Of a DNA stretch of 64,000 nucleotides, positions 1 through 8,236 are shown in pieces; within the stretch, counting starts at the first letter, position 1; the number at the start of each line of letters is the position of its first letter. This DNA is from an uncultured Acetatifactor sp. (GTDB taxonomy: Bacteria > Bacillota > Clostridia > Lachnospirales > Lachnospiraceae). The stretch covers positions 2,080-66,079 of the forward strand of contig CAJTMX010000005.1 in NCBI GenBank assembly GCA_910577235.1, in the 5' to 3' direction. A program made the translations under genes and the position numbers. The notes under the pieces are model-generated. The model saw only the letters and a list, made by a program, of their open reading frames with translations. It did not search any database and was not told the origin of the DNA.

Positions 1-231
1 GCGGCGGGGCATGGGGACGGCACTGGCGAGTTGATGCTGATGCCCGGAGTGGCCTATGATCCCTATGGCAACCGTCTGGGTTACGGCGGAGGCTATTATG
101 ACCGCTATCTGGCGGCGCATCCTCAATTTATGACATGTTCCATCGCCATCGGATACAGCTGCCAGCGGACACAGCGGCAGCTGCCCGTGGAGGAGACGGA
201 TTGCAGGCCCTATCAGGTGATCCTGGTGTGA
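1..231 (+). CDS. 5-formyltetrahydrofolate cyclo-ligase, C-terminal fragment (gene starts upstream of window)
   Basis: Frame open from base 1 to TGA 229-231. Translation [23 protein letters not shown] is the conserved C-terminal signature of the MTHFS family. Confidence 0.8.
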   Translation, partial: AAGHGDGTGELMLMPGVAYDPYGNRLGYGGGYYDRYLAAHPQFMTCSIAIGYSCQRTQRQLPVEETDCRPYQVILV

Positions 232-325
232 AACCAGGCGTCCCGTTACTGCCGGCGGGAATAAGCATATTGCAGGCTTGATCAGCTGCATGCAGATAAG
301 AAGTAATATGGATGGAGAGGTATGT

Positions 326-1570
326 ATGAATCTGACAGAGATGGGAAAAAGGGCGGCCGCCGTCAAATATCGGCTACAGGGACTGACAACGGAAGAGAAA
401 AACCGGGCGCTGGAACATGCGGCTAAGGCGTTGCGGGAGCACGAGTCGGAGATACTTGCGGCCAACGCCCTGGATCTGCGGCAGGGCAGGGACAACGGTA
501 TGCATCCGGGATTGCTGGACCGCCTACAGCTTGACAGCGGCAGGATCGCCGCTATGGCGCAGGGGCTGGAGCAGGTGGCGGCGCTGCCGGACCCGGTGGG
601 AGAACTGCTGGAGAGTTTTGAGCGGCCCAACGGGCTGCGCATAGAGAAAAGCAGAGTTCCTCTGGGCGTGATCGGCATCATCTACGAATCCAGACCCAAT
701 GTGACCGCCGATGCTTTTGCCCTTTGTTTTAAAGCGGGCAATGCCGTGATCTTAAAGGGCGGGAGTGACGCGATTTGCTCCAATCAGGCCATTGCCCAGG
801 TACTGCGGCAGGCGCTGGCGGATTGCGGCATAGACGGAGACGCCGTACAGCTGATTACGGATACGGACCGGGCCGTTACCATGGAGTTCATGCGCTTGAA
901 GGAGTATGTGGATGTGCTGATTCCCAGAGGGGGTGCCGGTTTAATACGTACAGTGGTGGAAAACAGTACGGTGCCGGTGATCGAGACCGGAACGGGCAAC
1001 TGTCATATCTATGTGGATAAAGACGCGGATATTGACATGGCTGTTCCTATAATCGTCAATGCCAAGACCCAGCGTATAGGAGTGTGTAATTCCTGTGAAT
1101 CCCTGGTGATTCATGAGGCGGCGCGGGAGGCCTTGCTGCCCCGGCTGTATAAAGCTTTTGCGGAAAAGCAGGTGGAAGTCCGGGGAGACGAACGGGTCTG
1201 TGCCACTATAGAGGGTGTGATCCCAGCCACAAAAGAGGATTACGGAAGGGAATATCTGGACTATATCATCTCCATAAAGACTGTGGATTCTCTGGAGGAG
1301 GCTATAGAGCATATCAACCGCTACAGCACCCATCATTCAGAGAGTATCATCACCGCCGATCCCGTGGCGGCGCAGCGGTTTTTAAACGGGGTGGATGCAG
1401 CCTGCGTCTATGTGAATGCTTCCACTCGGTTTACGGACGGTTTCGAGTTTGGCTTTGGGGCGGAGATCGGTATCAGCACCCAGAAACTCCATGCCAGAGG
1501 CCCCATGGGTCTTAGAGAACTGACCAGCTATAAATACCGGATTACCGGAAACGGTCAGGTCAGAGAGTAG
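326..1570 (+). CDS. proA: gamma-glutamyl phosphate reductase
   Basis: Full-length ProA-like translation (ALDH fold; [46 protein letters not shown]). Start moved to ATG 326 behind GGAGAGG; the ORF track starts at 278. Confidence 0.94.
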   Translation: MNLTEMGKRAAAVKYRLQGLTTEEKNRALEHAAKALREHESEILAANALDLRQGRDNGMHPGLLDRLQLDSGRIAAMAQGLEQVAALPDPVGELLESFERPNGLRIEKSRVPLGVIGIIYESRPNVTADAFALCFKAGNAVILKGGSDAICSNQAIAQVLRQALADCGIDGDAVQLITDTDRAVTMEFMRLKEYVDVLIPRGGAGLIRTVVENSTVPVIETGTGNCHIYVDKDADIDMAVPIIVNAKTQRIGVCNSCESLVIHEAAREALLPRLYKAFAEKQVEVRGDERVCATIEGVIPATKEDYGREYLDYIISIKTVDSLEEAIEHINRYSTHHSESIITADPVAAQRFLNGVDAACVYVNASTRFTDGFEFGFGAEIGISTQKLHARGPMGLRELTSYKYRITGNGQVRE

Positions 1571-1766
1571 CGCTGCGTTTGGGGCTTGGCGACGGCTGTG
1601 GGAGACCCCAATATAAAGTGCGCCGACAGAGACCAAATATTTTTTTATCGTGCGTATATTTATGTGGTGCCGAGCAGTCCTATTGTGCTATGATAGACGC
1701 ATAGACATTAAAGAGGATGCCCACGGCATGGGGCTGTGGGACAGGGAGACGAAAGGAGAAGATAGT

Positions 1767-3239
1767 ATGCCTGTAAATTTAAGTATTGTGATTCCCATCG
1801 TTTTGGTTGCGCTGGTCATTGTGATCATCTTTCTGACCGGTTATGTGAAGGCTTCCCCGGATACCGCATTGATCATTTCCGGTATGCGCAAAAAGCCCAA
1901 GGTGCTGATCGGTAAGGCAGGTGTCAAGATTCCTTTTCTGGAGAGAAAAGACGAACTGAACCTGCAGCTGATCCCCATAGACGTAAAGACCTCCACGGCA
2001 GTTCCTACGGCAGACTACATCAACATCAGAGTGGATGCTACAGTTAACGTGAAGATCAGCGACAATGAGGACAGATTGAAACTGGCAGCCCAGAATTTTC
2101 TGAACAAGAAACCGGACTACATCGGCGGTGTGGCCAGAGAAGTGCTGGAAGGTAATGTCCGTGAGATCGTAGGCAAGATGGCCCTGGAGGAAATGGTCAG
2201 CGACCGTCAGAAGTTCGCGGTGCTGGTCAAGGAGAACGCCGAGCCCGATCTGGCGGCCATGGGACTGGACATCATCAGTTTCAATGTACAGAACTTTGTG
2301 GACAACAACAGCGTGATCGAAAATCTGGGTGTGGACAATATCGTAAAGATCCAGAAGAATGCCGCCATCTCCAGAGCGGAGAGCGAAAAGGAGATCGCCA
2401 AGGCCCAGGCCAACGCCAAGAGAGAGGCCAATGAGGCGGAGGTGAACGCGGAATCCGAGATCGCCATCAAGCAGAACGAGCTGGCAATTAAGAAGGCCGA
2501 GCTGAAAAAGGAATCTGACGTCAAGAAGGCGGAGGCGGACGCGGCTTACAAGATCCAGGAAGAGGAACAGCGTAAGACGGTGGAGATCACCACGGCAAAC
2601 GCCAATATCGCCAAGCAGGAAAAGGAGATCCTGCTGAAACAGAAAGAAGTAGAGATAACGGAACAGACGCTGGAGGCGCAGGTTAAGAAAAAGGCCGAGG
2701 CAGACCGATTCGCCAAACAGCAACAGGCGGATGCCCAACTGTATGAGCGTCAGAGAGAGGCGGAGGCCCGCAAGTTCGAGACTGAGAAGGAGGCCGAGGC
2801 CATGAAAGCCCAGGCCGAGGCGCAGAAGTACAAGATGGAGCAGGAGGCCGAGGGTATCCGTACCAAGGGTCTGGCAGAGGCGGAGGCCATCAAAGCCAGA
2901 GCGGTGGCAGAGGCGGAAGGTATTGAGAAAAAGGCGGAGGCCATGGCCAAGATGGGCGAGGCTGCGGTGCTGGAGATGTACTTTAACGCTCTGCCCGAAG
3001 TGGTGAGAAACGCTGCCGCGCCTTTGGAGAAAGTGGATCGGATCACGATGTACGGTGACGGCAACAACGCCAAACTGACCAGAGATATCATCAACACCGT
3101 GAACCAGATCACGGACGGACTCAAGGACTCCACGGGCGTAGATCTCAGCGCCGTACTGTCCGGGTTCCTGGCGGGTAAGGTGGCCAGCAATAAGACTCCG
3201 GTGCAGGTAAATCTGGTGACAGGAGAGGATAAGAAGTAG
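1767..3239 (+). CDS. flotillin-like SPFH/band-7 membrane protein
   Basis: One N-terminal TM helix, an SPFH domain, then a long Ala/Glu/Lys-rich coiled coil typical of FloT/YuaG-type flotillins. ATG 1767 follows AAAGGAGAA. Confidence 0.88.
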   Translation: MPVNLSIVIPIVLVALVIVIIFLTGYVKASPDTALIISGMRKKPKVLIGKAGVKIPFLERKDELNLQLIPIDVKTSTAVPTADYINIRVDATVNVKISDNEDRLKLAAQNFLNKKPDYIGGVAREVLEGNVREIVGKMALEEMVSDRQKFAVLVKENAEPDLAAMGLDIISFNVQNFVDNNSVIENLGVDNIVKIQKNAAISRAESEKEIAKAQANAKREANEAEVNAESEIAIKQNELAIKKAELKKESDVKKAEADAAYKIQEEEQRKTVEITTANANIAKQEKEILLKQKEVEITEQTLEAQVKKKAEADRFAKQQQADAQLYERQREAEARKFETEKEAEAMKAQAEAQKYKMEQEAEGIRTKGLAEAEAIKARAVAEAEGIEKKAEAMAKMGEAAVLEMYFNALPEVVRNAAAPLEKVDRITMYGDGNNAKLTRDIINTVNQITDGLKDSTGVDLSAVLSGFLAGKVASNKTPVQVNLVTGEDKK

Positions 3240-3256
3240 GATCGCAAAGTATGGAA

Positions 3257-3291
3257 CAAGGCGCTGCCCTGACAAGGGCAGCGCCCTTGTG
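3257..3291 (+). terminator. GC-rich hairpin after the flotillin gene (no clear U tract)
   Basis: AAGGCGCTGCCCT-GACA-AGGGCAGCGCCCTT has an 11-bp perfect GC-rich stem, but the downstream sequence is not T-rich. Confidence 0.45.
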
Positions 3292-3420
3292 CAATGTCTC
3301 CGGCGGCAAAAGATCGGAAAGTAATCTGGTTAATGCCAGACAAAATAGGGGAAAATTCTATAGAGATATTTTGCCTTTACAGAGATAAAAAAAGCCAGTT
3401 GAAAGTTAGGAGGAATTGCC

Positions 3421-4647
3421 ATGAAAAATGTTATAGACCGTTTTTTGCACTATGTACAGATCGACACCTGTTCGGATGAGGGGAGCGGTACCCATCCCAG
3501 CACGATGAAACAGCATGATCTGGCAGGGCTGTTGGCTCGCGAACTGGAGGAGATGGGAGCGGTCGAGATCACTTATGATAAAGAGCACTGCTATGTGTAT
3601 GCTACCGTCCCTGCCGTCAGCGGCTGTGAGGACAGGCCCACGGTGGGCTTTGTCGCCCATATGGACACTTCCCCGGCCATGAGCGGCGCAGGGGTAAAGC
3701 CCCGTATTGTGAAAAACTATGACGGACAGGACATCACATTGAACTCCGAGCTGGGTATCATACTGCGGACAGCGGATTTTCCGGATATCCGCAAATATCA
3801 GGGGCAGGATCTCATTGTCACCGATGGCACTACTCTTTTGGGAGCGGATGACAAGGCCGGTGTAGCGGAGATTATGGCCATGGCGGAGTATTTTCTTACC
3901 CATCCGGACGAGCCTCACGGTAAGATCCGGATCGGATTTACGCCGGATGAGGAGATCGGTGAAGGGCCGGACTTTTTTGATGTGGCGCTGTTTGGGGCGC
4001 AGGCCGCTTATACCGTGGACGGAGGCGCTTTGGGGGAACTGGAGTATGAGAATTTCAATGCCGCCGGAGCAAAGCTCCGCATACAGGGTTGCAGCGTGCA
4101 TCCGGGCTCCGCAAAGGGCAAGATGAAGAATGCCGTTTTGATCGCCCAGGAGTTCCAGAGTATGTTGCCTGTCTTTGAGAACCCGATGTACACCGAGGGG
4201 TATGAGGGATTTTATCATCTGGACAGCTTACAGGGCAATGTGGAGTCGGCATTGGCGGACTATATCATTCGGGATCATGACAAAGCGCTGTTTGAGGAGA
4301 AAAAGAAATACTTTATGAGCGTGGTTTCCTTCTTAAACAATAAGTATGGAGAAGGCACTGTGACAGTGGATATGAAGGACTCCTATTATAATATGCGCGA
4401 GATCATGGAAAACCATATGGAACTGATCGATAAGGTGGTTGAGACTATGAAGGCGCAGGATATTAAGCCTATCATCACCCCGATCCGTGGGGGGACTGAC
4501 GGTGCCAGACTGTCCTTTATGGGCCTGCCCTGCCCGAATATCTGTACCGGCGGTGAGAACTGTCACGGAAAATATGAATATGCCTGTGTACAGTCCATGG
4601 AAAAGGTGGTAGATCTTCTGATAGGGCTTGTTAAAAAGTTTATATAG
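3421..4647 (+). CDS. pepT: peptidase T (tripeptide aminopeptidase, M20B)
   Basis: N-terminus [16 protein letters not shown] with the metal-ligand motifs HMDT and GADDKAG. SD AGGAGG lies 7 nt upstream. Confidence 0.95.
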   Translation: MKNVIDRFLHYVQIDTCSDEGSGTHPSTMKQHDLAGLLARELEEMGAVEITYDKEHCYVYATVPAVSGCEDRPTVGFVAHMDTSPAMSGAGVKPRIVKNYDGQDITLNSELGIILRTADFPDIRKYQGQDLIVTDGTTLLGADDKAGVAEIMAMAEYFLTHPDEPHGKIRIGFTPDEEIGEGPDFFDVALFGAQAAYTVDGGALGELEYENFNAAGAKLRIQGCSVHPGSAKGKMKNAVLIAQEFQSMLPVFENPMYTEGYEGFYHLDSLQGNVESALADYIIRDHDKALFEEKKKYFMSVVSFLNNKYGEGTVTVDMKDSYYNMREIMENHMELIDKVVETMKAQDIKPIITPIRGGTDGARLSFMGLPCPNICTGGENCHGKYEYACVQSMEKVVDLLIGLVKKFI

Positions 4648-4659
4648 ATTCCGAATACT

Positions 4660-4700
4660 AATGACTGTACCGGTCAACAAAAATGACTGTCACAGTCAAT
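4660..4700 (+). repeat. two 19-bp direct repeats (22-bp period); the second contains a perfect 15-bp palindrome
   Basis: AATGACTGTACCGGTCAAC (4660-4678) and AATGACTGTCACAGTCAAT (4682-4700). TGACTGTCACAGTCA (4684-4698) is a perfect palindrome. The repeats sit between pepT and miaB. Confidence 0.7.
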
Positions 4701-4782
4701 AGGTATTGGCCGGTTAAACGGCCGGAATGTGGTGGATAGAGTCCGATATCATGTATTAGTCAAAGGGAAAGGGTTTGAGGAA

Positions 4783-6246
4783 ATGCTTAACGAATTTGAT
4801 TTGGATAAAATAGATATAAGTGTGATTCCTCCCGAAACGGAGCCGGTCAGACAATACTATTTTATGGCCAAATGCCGGGAATGGGTTCGGGGATTTGAGG
4901 ACAAAAACGGGCGCTCTCCCAGCTGCTGCGTCACGACCTTTGGCTGCCAGATGAATGCCAGAGATTCGGAGAAACTTGTGGGAATCCTGCGCCGGGTGGG
5001 GTATCAGGTGACGGAGAGTGAAGATGCGGATTTTGTGATCTTTAATACCTGTACGGTGCGGGACAATGCCAATCAGAGAGTTTACGGACGCCTGGGGGAA
5101 CTGAAGAGCCGCAAAAAACGGAATCCGCATATGAAGATCGCTCTCTGCGGCTGTATGATGCAGGAGACGACAGTGATCGAAAAACTGCGTTCCAGCTACC
5201 GGTTTGTGGATCTGGTGTTTGGCACTCACAATATTTTTAAGTTCGCGGAGCTGCTATACAGATGTATCTGTGAGAATCATAATGAGCAGGGAATGATCGT
5301 GGATATATGGGAGGATACGGACAAGATAGTGGAGGATCTTCCGGTGGAACGGAAGTATCCCTTTAAGTCGGGTATCAACATTATGTTTGGCTGCAACAAT
5401 TTCTGCAGCTACTGCATTGTTCCCTATGTGCGGGGAAGGGAGCGCAGCCGGGAACCGGAGGAGATACTGAGGGAGATACGGCAGCTGGTCGCCGAGGGCG
5501 TGGTGGAAGTCATGCTGCTGGGACAGAATGTGAACTCTTATGGGAAGAATCTTGATACGCCTATGTCTTTCGCACGGCTTTTGCAGGAGGTGGAGCAGAT
5601 TGAAGGTCTGGAGAGGATTCGTTTTATGACTTCCCATCCCAAGGATCTGTCGGATGAGTTGATACAGGTTATGAAGGAATCAAAAAAGATCTGTCGTCAT
5701 CTGCATCTGCCTCTACAGTCCGGCTCCACCCGAATCCTGCAGCTCATGAACCGCCGGTATACCAAAGAGCAATATCTTGCCCTGGCGGAGAAGATCCGCA
5801 GGGAAATTCCTGATATCGCCATAACAACGGACATTATCGTGGGATTTCCAGGGGAGACGATGGAGGACGTGGAAGAGACGATAGATGTGATCCGCAGAGT
5901 AAAATATGACAATGCCTTTACATTTATCTATTCCAAGCGTACCGGGACACCAGCCGCCGCCATGGAGAACCAGGTGTCTCCTGACCGGGTCAAGGAGGGC
6001 TTTGACCGGGTGCTTAAGGTGGTGCAGGAAACCGCCAGAGAGCAGGTGTCCCGGTATCGGGGGCAACAGGCGCAGGCGCTGGTTGAGGAGGTGAACGCTC
6101 AGGAAGAGGGGCTGCTCACCGGGCGTCTGTCCAATAACACGCTGGTACATTTTCCGGGGGATGCGGAGCTGGTGGGGCGGATCGTCACGGTGTCACTGGA
6201 TGAATGTCTGGGATTTTATTATATGGGACATATGGTATCGCAGTAG
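4783..6246 (+). CDS. miaB: tRNA (i6A37) methylthiotransferase
   Basis: UPF0004 N-domain cysteines (TFGCQMN), radical-SAM CNNFCSYC and a C-terminal TRAM domain. ATG 4783 is preferred over the GTG at 4729 used by the ORF track. Confidence 0.92.
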   Translation: MLNEFDLDKIDISVIPPETEPVRQYYFMAKCREWVRGFEDKNGRSPSCCVTTFGCQMNARDSEKLVGILRRVGYQVTESEDADFVIFNTCTVRDNANQRVYGRLGELKSRKKRNPHMKIALCGCMMQETTVIEKLRSSYRFVDLVFGTHNIFKFAELLYRCICENHNEQGMIVDIWEDTDKIVEDLPVERKYPFKSGINIMFGCNNFCSYCIVPYVRGRERSREPEEILREIRQLVAEGVVEVMLLGQNVNSYGKNLDTPMSFARLLQEVEQIEGLERIRFMTSHPKDLSDELIQVMKESKKICRHLHLPLQSGSTRILQLMNRRYTKEQYLALAEKIRREIPDIAITTDIIVGFPGETMEDVEETIDVIRRVKYDNAFTFIYSKRTGTPAAAMENQVSPDRVKEGFDRVLKVVQETAREQVSRYRGQQAQALVEEVNAQEEGLLTGRLSNNTLVHFPGDAELVGRIVTVSLDECLGFYYMGHMVSQ

Positions 6247-6248
6247 CC

Positions 6249-6286
6249 TTTAAGATTTCTTTAAGGCTCATTAAGAAACGTTTAAG
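6249..6286 (+). promoter_or_regulatory. four helically phased (T)TTAAG direct repeats
   Basis: TTTAAG at 6249, TTTAAG at 6260, ATTAAG at 6270 and TTTAAG at 6281 (spacing 11/10/11 bp), ending 4 bp upstream of a -35 box. Confidence 0.5.
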
Positions 6287-6290
6287 ACAG

Positions 6291-6319
6291 TTGATGTATG
6301 CTGCTCTTGTTGCTATGAT
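6291..6319 (+). promoter_or_regulatory. putative sigma-A promoter of the lipoprotein gene
   Basis: TTGATG, 17-bp spacer, TATGAT. Confidence 0.5.
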
Positions 6320-6342
6320 AATAGCAGACAAGGAGGTGTACC

Positions 6343-7860
6343 GTGATAAAAAAAGGGATATGGCAGAGGTGGATTGTACTGGGAACCCTGTTGCTGGCGC
6401 TTTCGGGCTGCGGCAGGGAGGGGGAGCCAGGAGACAGCGGATTTTCGGGCAATGGAGAGACTTACGGTAGCGGAGAGATGTTGGACAGGGAAGGGGAAAC
6501 CGGCACGGGAGAGACTTCGGATAGGGAAGGGACTTCTGGAGACGTAGGGAATACGGACAGGGAGGAGTCCTACGGCAATGAAGATACTCAGGACGGCAGG
6601 GAGAGCTCAGAGGAAGAATCCTCTGATATAGCAAACCGGGAGCCGGAGGCGACTTTGGAGATTGCCTGTATAGTCAAAGATTTGGGGTTGGTCCCCAGCG
6701 GGCGAAAACTGCTCCGAGACGCGGCCGCGAAACTGACATACGATCCGGATGGACAATATGCGTATGCCTACACGGAACCGGAGGCCGGTGAGGAAGACGC
6801 TTTTTTCACCCGCACCCTTGCGGACCTGACGGCCGGTAAGGGACCGGATATTCTGTATATTTCTCCCGACCGTCTGCAATCCTTACAGGAAAAGGGAGTA
6901 TTGGCGGAACTGACCCAGTATCTGCCCAAAGAGACACGGGACAGTCTGCTGCCCGCCGCTCTGTCGATGGGAACGGTCGAGGGCGGACTCTATGGTATTC
7001 CCACAGACTTTACGTTTGTCTGGAGCCTGATCACTGCGCGGGAGACTGTGAGCGAAGATACATGGACGGTAGAACAGCTGCTGGACCGGATGGAGGCCTG
7101 CCAGGACTCGGAGAACGTGCTTTTGTATCTGGAGAACGGTGCGCCATCGGAGGTTCTGCTGGGAAATGTGATCCTGATGGATCTGGAGAACACCCCTTTC
7201 ATAGACTGGGAGAAGAAAGAGTGTTATTTTGATGGAGAGCTGTTTCAGAGGGCTTTGCGTCTATGTAAAGACTGCGGAAGAAACAATGTCTTTGCTGGGG
7301 ATGACAGCTTTGATCTGATCCGTCAGGGGGACTGTCTGGGAACGGTATTTGTCAGCTTTTCCATTCAGGATTTTTCCAGGCGGGCCCAAAAGCTGGGCGG
7401 AAACATATACCATTGTGTGGGACTTCCCACACAGGGCAGTTCGGGCAGCTTTGCCCAGACCAACGGGATTCTGGTGGTTAACAGTCAGTGTACTCAGGAG
7501 CAGGCCCTGACTGCTTTTCTGGAGTATCTATACAGCAGAGAGGGACAGTCTCCTCTGCGCGATCTGTATGTTATGAGTGTGCTGCGTTTTCCGGCGGAAG
7601 ATGTCACCAGGTATTACGACGGCAGTAAAACCATTGAAAACTATTCCTATGTAGGGATATTGGAGGAAAAGGAAGACGGCAGCACTTATGCGGAGGAGTA
7701 TGCGGAATTTTTGGATAATTGCGTCTCCAGACCAATGAAATATACGGATGTGTGGAACATGATCATGGAGGAAGCGGAAAAATATCTGGAGGGAAATCAG
7801 TCGCTGGAGGAAGTGTGCCGGATCATTCAAAGCCGGGTTCAACTGTATTTGCAGGAATAG
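6343..7860 (+). CDS. lipoprotein with extracellular solute-binding-protein-like domain
   Basis: GTG start 6 nt after AGGAGG. Lipobox LLLALSGC is followed by an acidic 12-aa repeat linker (DREGETGTGETS-like, 36-bp period about 6484-6600). The C-terminal part is clearly paralogous to the 18753-21113 protein (EEYAEFLDNC...RVQLYLQE vs EEYIEFLDSC...RVQLYLNE). Confidence 0.85.
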   Translation: MIKKGIWQRWIVLGTLLLALSGCGREGEPGDSGFSGNGETYGSGEMLDREGETGTGETSDREGTSGDVGNTDREESYGNEDTQDGRESSEEESSDIANREPEATLEIACIVKDLGLVPSGRKLLRDAAAKLTYDPDGQYAYAYTEPEAGEEDAFFTRTLADLTAGKGPDILYISPDRLQSLQEKGVLAELTQYLPKETRDSLLPAALSMGTVEGGLYGIPTDFTFVWSLITARETVSEDTWTVEQLLDRMEACQDSENVLLYLENGAPSEVLLGNVILMDLENTPFIDWEKKECYFDGELFQRALRLCKDCGRNNVFAGDDSFDLIRQGDCLGTVFVSFSIQDFSRRAQKLGGNIYHCVGLPTQGSSGSFAQTNGILVVNSQCTQEQALTAFLEYLYSREGQSPLRDLYVMSVLRFPAEDVTRYYDGSKTIENYSYVGILEEKEDGSTYAEEYAEFLDNCVSRPMKYTDVWNMIMEEAEKYLEGNQSLEEVCRIIQSRVQLYLQE

Positions 7861-7992
7861 GCATTGTTTGCGAAACAGGCTCTGTGGGGATGAAAAATTG
7901 CTTGCAAAAAGCTTATAATGAGAATAAAATAAAATTTGTGTATAATCCGGAAGATTTGCACAGATTTTATTTTTTATTATCTTTTAGAGAAG

Positions 7993-8088
7993 GTTTGAAA
8001 CGAACGATTTCTTATTACCGAATTCATGCAGTTACAAAGACAAAGTATTAATGCATGGCGAGGTAGGTGAGAAGTGAACGTTTCAAAT
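7993..8088 (+). other. long imperfect inverted repeat (rod-like hairpin, about 96 nt)
   Basis: GTTTGAAACG (7993-8002) pairs with CGTTTCAAAT (8079-8088). Nested pairings are TTCTTATTACC/GGTAGGTGAGAA and CATGCA/TGCATG around a 21-nt loop. Confidence 0.35.
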
Positions 8089-8120
8089 ACTCATTGACGC
8101 GATACCAAGGACAAAGTTGA

Positions 8121-8215
8121 GATGATTTATCAAGCGTTAGATGATTTATCAAGCGTTAGATGATTTATCAAGCGTTAGATGATTTATCAACTGGTAGTTG
8201 ATTTATCAACTACAG
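8121..8215 (+). repeat. tandem array, five 19-bp units
   Basis: GATGATTTATCAAGCGTTA x3 (identical), GATGATTTATCAACTGGTA, GTTGATTTATCAACTACAG. The array runs directly into the conserved leader core. Confidence 0.92.
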
Positions 8216-8236
8216 GTATGCGGGAAAGAGGGGAAA
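8194..8236 (+). promoter_or_regulatory. conserved leader element copy 1 (hairpin + CTACAGGTATGCGGGA + SD)
   Basis: Hairpin GTAGTTGAT-TT-ATCAACTAC, invariant 16-mer at 8210-8225, then AAGAGGGG and ATG 8237. Confidence 0.75.

Noticed and set aside
1779-3275. 498-aa ORF on the minus strand.
   Set aside because: It lies entirely antisense to the flotillin gene. Its low-complexity Leu/Arg/Gly-rich translation mirrors the Ala/Glu/Lys coiled-coil codons. No start context or homology was recognised.
8122-8163. Mini-ORFs (MIYQALDDLSSVR) opened by the ATG in each 19-bp unit, as a leader peptide.
   Set aside because: They have no SD. The 19-bp period shifts the frame in every unit, and the peptide has no regulatory amino-acid bias.
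8210-8225. The leader core as a CsrA binding site. CUACAGGUAUGC resembles the SELEX consensus RUACARGGAUGU at 9 of 12 positions.
   Set aside because: The critical GGA triplet is GGU here and is not presented in the hairpin loop. I keep this only as a remote possibility.
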